From: an uncultured delta proteobacterium
GTDB taxonomy: Bacteria > Desulfobacterota > Binatia > Binatales > Binataceae
Reading direction: 5' to 3'
DNA: 64,000 nucleotides
NCBI GenBank assembly: GCA_963765675.1
Contig: CAVXXK010000006.1
Span: forward strand, 128,001-192,000
The notes beneath the pieces were generated by a model. That model made no database searches. It saw only the letters and a program-made list of their open reading frames with translations, and was not told the origin of the DNA. Positions 9,730 through 19,734 of this stretch are shown in pieces (positions within the stretch are counted from its first letter, which is position 1; each line of letters begins with the position of its first letter). The translations under genes and the position numbers were made by a program.

Positions 9730-12492
9730 ATGGCGACCAACAGTTTCGGCGCGCGTGCGACGCTCAAATCCGGCGGCAAATCCTGGACCATCCACAAGCT
9801 CGAAGCGCTCGAGCGCCGCGGCTTTGCCTTGTCGAAGATTCCTTTCTCGATCAGAGTGATGCTCGAAAACGTTCTGCGACGCGAAGACGGCGTCAACGTG
9901 ACCGCTGAGCAGGTCGAGACGCTGGCGAAGTGGGATGGCAAGCCCTCGCAACGCGAGATTTCATTTCGCCCCGCGCGCGTACTATTGCAGGATTTCACCG
10001 GCGTGCCGGTGGTTGCCGATCTGGCGGTCATGCGCGACGCGATCAAGCGCCTGGGCGGCGACCCGGCGAAGATAAATCCGCTCCAGCCGGTCGATCTCGT
10101 GATCGATCATTCGGTGCAGGTCGACGCGTACGGCAGCGCCGACGCGTTCGCGATCAACGCGCGCATGGAGTTCGAGCGCAACCGCGAGCGCTACTTGTTC
10201 CTGCGCTGGGGGCAGGGCGCGTTCGACGATTTTCGCGTCGTGCCGCCCGATACGGGAATCGTGCATCAGGTGAATCTCGAATATCTCGCGCCGGTGGTGT
10301 TCGGCTCGCGCGACGGCTCCGCCTATCCCGATACCGTTCTTGGCACCGACTCGCATACGACGATGATCAACGGTCTCGGCGTGGTCGGATGGGGCGTCGG
10401 CGGAATCGAGGCTGAGGCGGCGATGCTCGGGCGGTCGATTCCGATGCTGATCCCCGAGGTGATCGGGTTTCGCCTGCATGGCAGCATGCGTCCAGGCTCG
10501 ACCGCGACCGACCTGGTACTGACCGTCACTCAGATGCTGCGCAAGAAGGGCGTGGTCGGAAAGTTCGTCGAGTATTTTGGTCCTGGGCTTGGCACGCTTC
10601 CGGTCGCTGATCGCGCGACGCTCGGCAACATGTCGCCCGAGTACGGCGCCACGATCGGATTTTTCCCGGTCGACGATCAGACGCTCAAATATCTGCGCAT
10701 GAGCGGCCGCTCCGAGGAGCAGGTCGCGCTGGTCGAGGCTTACTGCAAGGAGCAGGGGCTGTTCCGCACCGAGGCGACACTGGAGCCGCATTTCTCCGAC
10801 GTGCTCGATCTCGATCTCGGGGAGGTCGAGCCGAGCCTCGCGGGTCCGCGGCGTCCGCAGGATCGCGTGCCGCTGCACGACTCCAAGATTACGTTCCGCC
10901 GCGACCTCGCCAAAGAAGTTGCGCATCATGTCACCGCGGATCCGAAGCTCGTCGAGCGCTGGGTTTCCGAGGGTGGGAATCCGGGCCTCGCTCCGCACGA
11001 ACGCGTGAATACCGCCGACCTTGGCCATCTGGCGCATAGCGTCGGCACGACTCACGGCGAGCACAAGTTCTCGCTAACGCACGGCTCGGTGATTATCGCG
11101 GCGATCACGAGCTGCACCAACACCTCGAATCCTTCAGTGATGGTCGCCGCCGGGTTGCTCGCGAAGAAAGCCGTTGCGCGCGGTCTCACCGTGCGGCCGT
11201 GGGTGAAGACCAGCCTCGCGCCCGGCTCGAAGGTCGTCACGCAATATCTGAAGCGGGCCGGGCTGCTCGAACCGCTGCAGAAGCTCAAGTTCAACCTGGT
11301 CGGCTATGGGTGCACGACCTGTATCGGCAACAGCGGCCCGATCGCTGAGGGCATCGCCGCCGCGGTCAAAAGCGGGAACCTGGTCGCCGCGGCGGTGCTG
11401 AGCGGAAATCGCAACTTCGAGGGGCGAATCAATCCGTCGGTGCGATTCAACTACCTCGCGTCGCCGCCGCTGGTGGTCGCCTACGCGATCGCCGGAACGA
11501 TGAATATCGATTTGAATCACGAGGCGCTCGGAACCGATTCGCAGGGCAAGCCGGTCTATCTGCGCGAGATTTGGCCGTCGGCCGAAGAGATCGCGAGCAC
11601 GGTCGCGAGCTCGCTCGACTCCGCGATGTTCCGCGGCGAGTACGGACAGGTGTTCGAGGGTGACGAAAGCTGGCGCAGCCTGGCGGTCCCCAAGGGCAAC
11701 CTTTTTCAATGGGAAAAGGATTCGGAGTACGTAAAGGCGCCGCCATTCTTTGACGGTATCACCGCGGAGCCGGGCAAATTCACCGATATTACGGGCGCGC
11801 GCGCGCTCGCGGTTCTGGGCGACAGCGTGACTACCGATCACATTTCGCCCGCCGGATCGATCGCATCAGACGGGCCCGCGGGAAAATATCTGATCGCGCA
11901 CGGCGTCAAGCCCGCCGACTTCAACTCCTACGGAGCGCGGCGCGGAAATCATGAAGTGATGATGCGCGGCACGTTCGCCAATATCCGGCTACGCAACCAG
12001 ATGGTCCCCGGCGTCGAGGGCGGCTTTACGACGCATCTGCCCGACGGCGAACAGATGACGATCTTCGATGCGTCAGAGCGCTATCGTAAAGAAGGCGTTG
12101 CGCTGATCGTGATCGCGGGCAAGGAATACGGCACCGGCTCGTCGCGCGATTGGGCGGCCAAGGGAACGTTGCTGCTCGGAGTGAAGGCGGTGATCGCGGA
12201 AAATTTCGAGCGGATTCATCGCAGCAATCTGATCGGGATGGGCGTGCTCGCGCTCGAGTTCCTGCCCGGCGAGAACCGCGAATCGCTGGGACTCACCGGG
12301 CGCGAGGTTTACTCGATTAGCGGGACCAGCGGCGGTATCAAGCAGCGCCAGCGCCTGACCGTGCGCGCGGAAGAAGCGGGCAAGACCAAACAGTTCGAGG
12401 TCATCTCGCGAGTCGATACTCCCGAGGAGATCGAGTACATCCGGCACGGCGGAATTCTGCCATTCGTGTTGCGCGAGCTGCTGCGCGCCTGA
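9730..12492 (+). CDS. acnA: Aconitate hydratase A
   Basis: RVLLQDFTGVP, DSHTTM, AAITSCTNTSNP, GYGCTTCIGNSG, TTDHISPAG, GSSRDWAAKG. Confidence 0.97.
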   Translation: MATNSFGARATLKSGGKSWTIHKLEALERRGFALSKIPFSIRVMLENVLRREDGVNVTAEQVETLAKWDGKPSQREISFRPARVLLQDFTGVPVVADLAVMRDAIKRLGGDPAKINPLQPVDLVIDHSVQVDAYGSADAFAINARMEFERNRERYLFLRWGQGAFDDFRVVPPDTGIVHQVNLEYLAPVVFGSRDGSAYPDTVLGTDSHTTMINGLGVVGWGVGGIEAEAAMLGRSIPMLIPEVIGFRLHGSMRPGSTATDLVLTVTQMLRKKGVVGKFVEYFGPGLGTLPVADRATLGNMSPEYGATIGFFPVDDQTLKYLRMSGRSEEQVALVEAYCKEQGLFRTEATLEPHFSDVLDLDLGEVEPSLAGPRRPQDRVPLHDSKITFRRDLAKEVAHHVTADPKLVERWVSEGGNPGLAPHERVNTADLGHLAHSVGTTHGEHKFSLTHGSVIIAAITSCTNTSNPSVMVAAGLLAKKAVARGLTVRPWVKTSLAPGSKVVTQYLKRAGLLEPLQKLKFNLVGYGCTTCIGNSGPIAEGIAAAVKSGNLVAAAVLSGNRNFEGRINPSVRFNYLASPPLVVAYAIAGTMNIDLNHEALGTDSQGKPVYLREIWPSAEEIASTVASSLDSAMFRGEYGQVFEGDESWRSLAVPKGNLFQWEKDSEYVKAPPFFDGITAEPGKFTDITGARALAVLGDSVTTDHISPAGSIASDGPAGKYLIAHGVKPADFNSYGARRGNHEVMMRGTFANIRLRNQMVPGVEGGFTTHLPDGEQMTIFDASERYRKEGVALIVIAGKEYGTGSSRDWAAKGTLLLGVKAVIAENFERIHRSNLIGMGVLALEFLPGENRESLGLTGREVYSISGTSGGIKQRQRLTVRAEEAGKTKQFEVISRVDTPEEIEYIRHGGILPFVLRELLRA

Positions 12493-13572
12493 TCACGCCG
12501 GCTGCGCAGCCATCTCGAGGCGTACGCGCTCTCCGCTCTTTCGCTCGGCGAAGCGCGATAGTAAACGAATCACGCCGGGAGTCACTTCGGACATCGCCTC
12601 GGGCCTGTAGCCCTGCGATTCGGCGCCGCGCGCCTGCATCATCCCCATCATCGAAAGCCGCAGCATCGCGGCCACCGCCTGGCAGTAGCGGAAGCGCTCG
12701 AAATCGAGCCGGTTCATCGCGTGATACAGCGGCACATAAAGTCCGGCGAACGACGTCCGCAGCGTGTTGCCGACAGCGTTGTCGCGGATCCATCGTGGAT
12801 GATCGAATGCCGACGAAGAGAGAATCGCCGCTGTCATCCCGGCGTCGAGATGGCGGTCGCCCACGTCGGTATTGACCCAATCGATGACGCCGGAAAGATG
12901 CGTCGCGCGCACGACGACGTTTCTCGGATGGTAATCCATGTGGATCAGCGAGGGTTCAGCAACCCGATATGCGCCGGCGCGGGCGCTGAGCCGTCCGAGC
13001 GCATCGCGCAGCCCGGGCAGCGGACCTTTCTCGACGCGGTCCGCGATAATCGCAAGCGCGCGATCGAGCATCGGCGTTCCCGGCGTGGTCAGCCCGGTTT
13101 CGTAGGCGCGCGGGATATCGCGCAGCCGGGAGTCCTGCGGATTCATCCGATGCAGCTTCACCTGCGCGCGCACGAAGCCGAAAAACCCCAGCGAGAAAGT
13201 TTTGAACGCCTCGGGAAAGCTGCGGGTCGTGAACAGCGGACCGCCGTCGAGGCGCTGCATCACCAGGAACGGCGCTCCGAGCGCGGAATGATCCAGCTCG
13301 AAGGCGTAAGGATGCGGAACGGGAAAGCCCGCCGCGGAGAGGCGCTCGATAGTCATGCTCTCACGCGTGCCTTTATCGTCCGCCTGCGCTCCCTGGTAGA
13401 AGCGCAGGACGAGAAGCGCTCCTACTGGAATCTCGCGAAAGCGAGGCGACGCGCTGCCGAGCGTGAACTCAAACACGGTGGTCTCCCATCCACTTGCGAG
13501 CACACGCAGGCTTGCGAGACGGGTGTCGAGATAGGCGGCCAGTCGGACGCCAATGTCGTGGAGATCGATCAT
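12493..13572 (-). CDS. APH/choline-kinase-like phosphotransferase family protein
   Basis: LVLRFY, APFLVMQRLDG, LIHMDYHPRNV and GVIDW Brenner-type motifs. Confidence 0.85.
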   Translation of the reverse strand: MIDLHDIGVRLAAYLDTRLASLRVLASGWETTVFEFTLGSASPRFREIPVGALLVLRFYQGAQADDKGTRESMTIERLSAAGFPVPHPYAFELDHSALGAPFLVMQRLDGGPLFTTRSFPEAFKTFSLGFFGFVRAQVKLHRMNPQDSRLRDIPRAYETGLTTPGTPMLDRALAIIADRVEKGPLPGLRDALGRLSARAGAYRVAEPSLIHMDYHPRNVVVRATHLSGVIDWVNTDVGDRHLDAGMTAAILSSSAFDHPRWIRDNAVGNTLRTSFAGLYVPLYHAMNRLDFERFRYCQAVAAMLRLSMMGMMQARGAESQGYRPEAMSEVTPGVIRLLSRFAERKSGERVRLEMAAQPA

Positions 13573-13670
13573 TGAGAAGCGGCGCGCATCGTATGCGCAG
13601 TCATCGAAGGCTAATACATCGGACCGGTCGAAGGCAATTCACCTGACACGCGTGTCAGGCCGGAAGCGTC

Positions 13671-14870
13671 CTATTGGTCGTGATGAAACAAGCCGTGCAG
13701 GAATTGGCGATGCTGCCCAGCGGGAGGTTGTTGCCGACCCTGCGGGTCGGGCGACGGCATCGGCTGCTCTTTGAGCGATTCGTTCGGTGAAGTGGTGCCG
13801 TTGTGCTCGAAGTGTCCCTGGACCAGCGAGGACAGGAGCGAGCCGCGCGTGTTGCCGATGTTGATCGAGACCTCGACCGACAATCCCAGGCGCAGCGGCT
13901 TGTCGGTGGGAATATCCTGGTCGAAAACAATCTTGACCGGCACGCGCTGCACCACCTTGACCCAGTTGCCAGTCGCGTTTTCGGGCGGCAGCAGCGAGAA
14001 CGCGGCGCCGGTGCCCATGCTGATCGAATCGACGTGTCCGTGGTAAATGTAGCCGGGGTAGATATCAGCCTCGACGGTTGCCTGCTGGCCGACACGCACG
14101 TCGGTTAGCTGCGTCTCCTTGAAGTTGGCGGTGACGTACAGATGCTTCAGCGGCACCACCGCCATCAGCGGTTCGCCGACCTGCACGCGATGGCCGATAT
14201 GGACGGTCTTGTGGGTTACGATTCCCGCGAACGGCGCGTAGATTTTCGTATAGGCAAGATCGAGCTTGGCCGCTTCCAGAGCCGCCTCGGCCTGCTTCAC
14301 GATCGGTCGGTCGTAGCGCGAGTGATCGGCCTCGTCCACTTCGGCGCCAAGTGCGGCCTGTGACTGGGTGAGCTGATGCTCCGCCAGCGCGGAATTGGCG
14401 CTTGCCACTTTGAGCGCGGTCTCGGCCTGATCGTAATACTCGGCGGAAACGATACCTTGCGCCTTAAGCGCCTTGGCCCGGGCCCAATCTATTTTCGCCT
14501 GGTTGAGCTGGCTTGCCGCCAGACGCACGCCCGATTGGGCTGCGTCGACGCCGGCGTACATCTCGTCCACCGATTGGTGGGCGCGCGCAAGCTGCGCGCG
14601 GGCCTGCTCGACCCGGACCTCGTAGTCGCGCGGATCCAGAGTGAGCAGCAATTCGCCCTCGGTAACCGTCCAGTTATCTTCGACGTAGAGATTGGTCACG
14701 GTTCCGGAGATGCGCGAGGAAACCAGCGCGACGGTTCCATCGACGTAGGCGTCGTCGGTCGAGACGTGGCTTTCGAAGTAGTGATAGTAGTGGACTGCGG
14801 GCACGACTGCCGCGGCAATCGCGATAATTACTATCACCAGCAGAACGCGGCGAAATAGAGAGGATCTCAT
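13671..14870 (-). CDS. EmrA/HlyD family membrane fusion (efflux adaptor) protein
   Basis: N-terminal TM, STDDAYV, ANFKETQL, FSLLPPENATGNWVKVVQRVPV. Confidence 0.92.
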   Translation of the reverse strand: MRSSLFRRVLLVIVIIAIAAAVVPAVHYYHYFESHVSTDDAYVDGTVALVSSRISGTVTNLYVEDNWTVTEGELLLTLDPRDYEVRVEQARAQLARAHQSVDEMYAGVDAAQSGVRLAASQLNQAKIDWARAKALKAQGIVSAEYYDQAETALKVASANSALAEHQLTQSQAALGAEVDEADHSRYDRPIVKQAEAALEAAKLDLAYTKIYAPFAGIVTHKTVHIGHRVQVGEPLMAVVPLKHLYVTANFKETQLTDVRVGQQATVEADIYPGYIYHGHVDSISMGTGAAFSLLPPENATGNWVKVVQRVPVKIVFDQDIPTDKPLRLGLSVEVSINIGNTRGSLLSSLVQGHFEHNGTTSPNESLKEQPMPSPDPQGRQQPPAGQHRQFLHGLFHHDQ

Positions 14871-14939
14871 ACAGATTCGGAAACTAAAAAAGAGCCAAGC
14901 CTGCGGCTACTTACCGTCCGCGTTGGTGCATTGAACGGC

Positions 14940-14968
14940 TAAGTATTCCGAAAAAGCCGGTCTGTCAA
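14940..14968 (-). promoter_or_regulatory. Putative sigma70 promoter for the emrA-like gene
   Basis: Minus strand TTGACA-17 bp-TACTTA; the -10 is imperfect. Confidence 0.45.
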
Positions 14969-15036
14969 TTGGATTCGATATACGCGCGAGGCGCACTGGG
15001 TCAGTGCTACGGCGATGCGCGACAAAGTCTCGGTCA

Positions 15037-15741
15037 TCATGGCTGGCGAATTATCACGTTAGGAAAGCCCTGTGCGGTCGCGACGATCACGCCATTGAAG
15101 CTCATATTGATCGCAAACGGCCCGAAGCTCTGAACCTGGGTAAAGTTTCCATCGATCTTTCCGTTGGGTGAATCGAACAGGAACAGCGCGGGCACCCGCT
15201 GGTTGATGGCAAAACCGACCTTCGAGTCCTCGATTAATCCTGTGAACCGTTCGCCCAATGGGCCGTACACGAAAATCCGCAGGTCGGGCGACGCCTTCGG
15301 CGCGATTGCCGTCAGCGACGCGCCGGTTTGAATCGTGACCGTGCCGTACGGCGCGGTGGTGGATGAGGCGGAGACTACATGAAACCCGTTGGCAGCCTGC
15401 AGGCTCAGCAGGCTCGCGTCATTCGAGAGCTTGGTGGCGACCAGCCGCGCCGGCGTGAGCCCATTGGTAGTGAGCGGATTATTGATGATCGTGACATTGA
15501 GCGGAATGTTGCCCTGGACCTGCCACGACGACCGCGAATTCGAAATCAGCAGCGTAAACGGCGTTCCCACCGTTCCGAGGACCTTGAAGATGGTCTCGGG
15601 CGCCGTGGGTGGCGTATTGCCGACAAAGCCGGAGACTCCGGTAGAACTGGCGTTGCACGCCGGCAGCGTGACGATCCACGCCAGCACCAGCGCCAGCCGG
15701 ATTCGGCCCCGGACATTTGCTGTCAGCCGATTCACAAGCAT
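15037..15741 (-). CDS. Hypothetical lipoprotein with two similar beta-rich halves
   Basis: Hydrophobic leader ending LPAC; internal similarity FKVLGTVGTPFTLLI vs IFVYGPLGERFTGLI; starts 2 bp after the upstream stop. Confidence 0.65.
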   Translation of the reverse strand: MLVNRLTANVRGRIRLALVLAWIVTLPACNASSTGVSGFVGNTPPTAPETIFKVLGTVGTPFTLLISNSRSSWQVQGNIPLNVTIINNPLTTNGLTPARLVATKLSNDASLLSLQAANGFHVVSASSTTAPYGTVTIQTGASLTAIAPKASPDLRIFVYGPLGERFTGLIEDSKVGFAINQRVPALFLFDSPNGKIDGNFTQVQSFGPFAINMSFNGVIVATAQGFPNVIIRQP

Positions 15742-15743
15742 GC

Positions 15744-17894
15744 TCAGAACGGCGTCGCCGAGGTGTTACTGCAGATGCCCGGGCAGGTCGAACTGCCGGC
15801 ATCCTGGCAAGTCGTCGGACACGGAGTCGGCGAGCTCGACGGCACTGGCAGGGGAGGCGGGACCACCGTGATCGACTGCGTTGCAACCGCCGTAGGACTC
15901 TCGACCGGTGTGGCGCCTTCGTACCTGGTCAGCGTGTAGGTATCGGGAGGAACACAGAACGTGTAGCCGTTGCCGACCAGAGGGTTAGGATTGCCAGAGC
16001 CGGGATTGAGCAGAGAGACCGGCGCCGCCGAATAGAGCTGCACATCTCCGGTATCATTATAGTTCTTGGAGATCTCGACGAAGGTGTTGATATCCGGGTT
16101 GTTCAGGATTCCGCTGATACTGCCGTGGCCGATGCAGTCCATGGTCTCGGCGCTCGGGAACAGCGTATCGTCCGGTGGAGGAACCGTCGTACAGTAAACA
16201 GTCGGCGCCGCGATATTCGCAGCCGTGATGATGTTGTGCCCCGGGTACGGATCGCTCGCGCCCGCGTAGAGATCGATCGCCTGCGCGAACAGGTCGAGGT
16301 TCGCCGCCCCCTGGATATTCGACGGCGGCGCGCCCGCCTGGTTGGCCGGAACGTTGATCGTGAACGTTGCGCTGTCGTTTCCGGGCCGGATGATCAGCGG
16401 ACTGGTCAGAGCGCTGACCAGGTTGTTGGTTCCTTGGTTCTCGGCGAACACCTGGACCATCGTGTAGGTACCGGCGGCGGGCGCCGCAGCTAAATTGAGC
16501 GAGCCGGTAAGATAGGAAGTAGGCAGCGCATAGTCGCATGAGGGTGGCGAGGTACTGTCGGCGCATTTGCCGCCGGTTTTCTTGGTGGTGGCGAAGACGT
16601 CGTTATCGACGATCGAATTATATCCAGGCGCTGAGATCTCCATCGTGTAGGGCGAGGAAGATGGGTTGACCGGAACGTCGGAAAATGGCGCCGGCGTGGT
16701 GACGGTTCCGGGCAAAGGGTAGGTGCCCGAATTGCCGGTGTTCGCCGTGGCGACGCTGACGCAGTCCGTCGGAGCCGTCTGGCAATCCGCAGTCAGATTT
16801 GAGTCAGGAGGCACCAGCAGTTGCAGCGTTGCGCCAACCAGTGGCGCTTTGGAACACATGTCGGTGATCGTACCTGCGAGGTTGCCCTGGGTGCTCATGA
16901 CCTTGGTGGGAGTGAAGTTCACCGTGGGCGAGGCGCCCGCAAAAAGACCATTGATCCGGGTCCCTTCGTAGGAAACTCCGCCGCCGGAGATGTACATGTC
17001 GTACGACGCGCCTGCGCCGCTGCCAGGAGGAGGAGCGGGCACCGCGATCGAATACTTGCTGTTGATCACATTGGCGAAAGCGATCACGTTGTTGGTGCCT
17101 TGCTGCTCGACGCTCAGTGTGAGCCTGCGAACTTTCTTCTTCTGAACCCCCGAGCCCGCTCCCGTGACCGTCCCGGAGATGGTCGCCTCGTAGGCCTGGG
17201 GTGACACCTGAGCAATCGTCACCGTGCCGACGTAGGGTTGACCCTGGATGGTGGGCAGGTTGTTGATCTGGAAATTGAGCTGCAACGCGAGCGTCGTCAC
17301 GGCCTGTTTCTGCACCACGATAGGGTTGGTGGCGATAAACGATATCTGGTTGGACGGATTATTGAGCACCAGCGGAGTCGCGGCGCAGCCCTCGAGAGTG
17401 GTTCCGGTGACCGACGAGCAGACCGGAACCACGTAGCCGGGGTTGGTCGTGTCGAGCGACAACTCGACGCTGTGATAGGTTTCGGTCCGGGCTTTACCGG
17501 TGTTGAAAAGCTGCAGTTGAGTTCGGCCGGCCAGCAGATCGATCTGCAAGTCGCCGGGGCGCCCGGCGTTCCCAACCCCGGTGCCCGACGGGATTGTGAT
17601 CGTCACCCATTTGGGATTGTCTTCGGGCGGGAACTTGGTGCTGCTGCCGGTTGGTTTAGGATTCAGCCGCACCGCAACCACGTTTACGAAGATATGCTGG
17701 AGGTTCGGGGTCGGCTCGCTGGCCGGAAACTGGAGATTGGCGACGAACCCCACTTGCACCAGTCCATTGTTGCCGATGGCATTGGAGAGCTGCGCACGCG
17801 CGCGGCCGTCCATCGAGCCAACGAGCACCAGGCAGATAAGCAGGACCGGCGCGATCAGCGCCGCCACAGCCGAGCAGGTACGTAACTTCTTCAC
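15744..17894 (-). CDS. Large secreted Cys/Pro/Thr-rich protein, DUF4382-like N-terminus followed by carboxypeptidase-regulatory/Ig-like domains
   Basis: Signal peptide; HIFVNVVAVRL..W..IDLL..TYHSVELSL; ISGTVTG, GTITD..PLVGATLQL and YTMEISAPGY beta-sandwich motifs; paired Cys. Confidence 0.65.
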   Translation of the reverse strand: MKKLRTCSAVAALIAPVLLICLVLVGSMDGRARAQLSNAIGNNGLVQVGFVANLQFPASEPTPNLQHIFVNVVAVRLNPKPTGSSTKFPPEDNPKWVTITIPSGTGVGNAGRPGDLQIDLLAGRTQLQLFNTGKARTETYHSVELSLDTTNPGYVVPVCSSVTGTTLEGCAATPLVLNNPSNQISFIATNPIVVQKQAVTTLALQLNFQINNLPTIQGQPYVGTVTIAQVSPQAYEATISGTVTGAGSGVQKKKVRRLTLSVEQQGTNNVIAFANVINSKYSIAVPAPPPGSGAGASYDMYISGGGVSYEGTRINGLFAGASPTVNFTPTKVMSTQGNLAGTITDMCSKAPLVGATLQLLVPPDSNLTADCQTAPTDCVSVATANTGNSGTYPLPGTVTTPAPFSDVPVNPSSSPYTMEISAPGYNSIVDNDVFATTKKTGGKCADSTSPPSCDYALPTSYLTGSLNLAAAPAAGTYTMVQVFAENQGTNNLVSALTSPLIIRPGNDSATFTINVPANQAGAPPSNIQGAANLDLFAQAIDLYAGASDPYPGHNIITAANIAAPTVYCTTVPPPDDTLFPSAETMDCIGHGSISGILNNPDINTFVEISKNYNDTGDVQLYSAAPVSLLNPGSGNPNPLVGNGYTFCVPPDTYTLTRYEGATPVESPTAVATQSITVVPPPLPVPSSSPTPCPTTCQDAGSSTCPGICSNTSATPF

Positions 17895-18052
17895 TCGATA
17901 ACCGTATGCAAAGAGAATTGGTAAAAGATTTCGGATAACCTAGCGTATCCACGAAGGCAATGAAACACAATTTCAAGACGTGTGTGGCGGCCATTCGGTT
18001 CGTTCGCGGTATTGACTGACCGCGGGGTCGATCCGGAGAATCATTCCCAAGC

Positions 18053-19702
18053 ATGACCTCGATTCAAAATCGCCTCGTCGTCCGCCTGCTGGCCATCTGC
18101 GCGTTCGGCTGCGCGATGATGATCGCACCCGCGGCGCGCGCGACGCTGCAGCTCTCGATCGGCAACCCGGGCCTCGAGCACTTCGACAGCGACGGCGGCG
18201 TGCAGATCGATTTCGGCCTGACCGATTCCAACGGGCAGCCGGTCGGAAATCTCCAGCCCGACAACGTGAAAGTCTTCGAGGACGGCAAGCAGGCCAAGAT
18301 TGTCGATTTCCGCGGAGTAGGGCAGGGGCGACCGGTCGATATCGTGTTCGTGCTCGACGTCACCGAATCGATGCAGCCGTATATCGACGCGGTCAAGCAG
18401 AACATCATCACCTTCGCGCAGGATTTGCAGTCCAATAGCCGCGACTATCGCCTTGGCCTCGTGACCTTCGAAGATTACGTGGTCTCGCAATATCCCGATT
18501 GCAACTGCCCGTATCGCAACAAGATGACCTCGAACGTGCATGAGTTCACCGACTGGGTGAGCGGCCTGCATGCGGGCGGCGGCGGCGATATCCCCGAAGA
18601 TCAGCTCGACGCTCTCGCCTATGCCGCGTCGTTTCCGTTCCGTCCGGAAGCCGAGGGCATCATCATTATCGTGACCGACGCGCCGCCGCATCATGATGGC
18701 GACGGGTCCGAGAACACACAGCACGACCAGGCTTTCTGGGATCATCACAAACGCGGCGAGCAAGTCACCTCCGAGACCGGCACCAAGGTTGCCGCATTGC
18801 TCAAGAAAAATGGACTCACCCTTTACGCGGTCGTGCCGCCGCCGTTCATCGCGCCCGAGTATCAGGAGATCGTCGATGCGACCCACGGCAAGTCCTACAA
18901 CATCATCACCGAGGAAGGACGCTTCGCGTCGCTGGTGCGGGAGATCGGTCATTCGATTGCGACGGAATATTCGCTGACCTATGAAACCCCGCGGCCGATC
19001 GAAGACGGCACCAATCGCGCCGTTGAGTTGCAAGTGACCTTCAACGGCGAGACCGCGACCACCAACACCAGCTACCAGGTGCGCGGAATCGGCGGCGCCG
19101 CGATCAATGAGCCCGAGGGCAGCACCGGCGCCGCAGGCGCCAACACTACGGGAACGGGCCTGAACCAGCTTTCGTTCAGATGGTGGAATGGCGCGGTGCC
19201 GCTGATCGCGATCCTTGGATTGTTCGGGCTGTCGCGAATCCGTTTCGGCGTCTCGACGGAAGAGCTCAAGGCTATCGTCGAGGCGCAGTCGCGTCCGATA
19301 CCTCCTGCCGCCGCTCAACGCACCGTTGCGCGACCCTCTTCGGCGCCGATATCGCCGCGGACCGCGCCACCCTCGCCGCCCACGGCGTCCTCGGGCGCGG
19401 GAGGATCGAGCGGTGCAAGACTCCAGACGATGAACGCAGCGGGTCCGGTTGCTTCCGAGTACGCGCTGCTCAAGGACGAGGTCACGCTCGGGCGCGGCGA
19501 GGATAACGATATTGTGATCCCGCACGCCAGCATCTCGCGCGCGCACGCGCGTCTGCTAAGGCGCAACGGCGGATTCGAGCTGATGGATTTGAACTCGACC
19601 AACGGCACCTTCGTTGACGATCGCCAGATTCACGGCTCCGCCTTTTTGAGCAGCGGCAGCCAGGTGCGGCTGGGCGATATCAAGTTCGTCCTGCGCTACT
19701 GA
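18053..19702 (+). CDS. Signal peptide-vWA-TM-FHA transmembrane protein
   Basis: DIVFVLDVTESM (MIDAS), GGGDIPED, VTDAPPH; TM near aa 380-397; FHA motifs LGRGEDNDI, ISRAHA, DLNSTNGT. Confidence 0.88.
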   Translation: MTSIQNRLVVRLLAICAFGCAMMIAPAARATLQLSIGNPGLEHFDSDGGVQIDFGLTDSNGQPVGNLQPDNVKVFEDGKQAKIVDFRGVGQGRPVDIVFVLDVTESMQPYIDAVKQNIITFAQDLQSNSRDYRLGLVTFEDYVVSQYPDCNCPYRNKMTSNVHEFTDWVSGLHAGGGGDIPEDQLDALAYAASFPFRPEAEGIIIIVTDAPPHHDGDGSENTQHDQAFWDHHKRGEQVTSETGTKVAALLKKNGLTLYAVVPPPFIAPEYQEIVDATHGKSYNIITEEGRFASLVREIGHSIATEYSLTYETPRPIEDGTNRAVELQVTFNGETATTNTSYQVRGIGGAAINEPEGSTGAAGANTTGTGLNQLSFRWWNGAVPLIAILGLFGLSRIRFGVSTEELKAIVEAQSRPIPPAAAQRTVARPSSAPISPRTAPPSPPTASSGAGGSSGARLQTMNAAGPVASEYALLKDEVTLGRGEDNDIVIPHASISRAHARLLRRNGGFELMDLNSTNGTFVDDRQIHGSAFLSSGSQVRLGDIKFVLRY

Positions 19703-19734
19703 GCGCTCGCGCAATCTGTCCGTCGCGCACCCGC

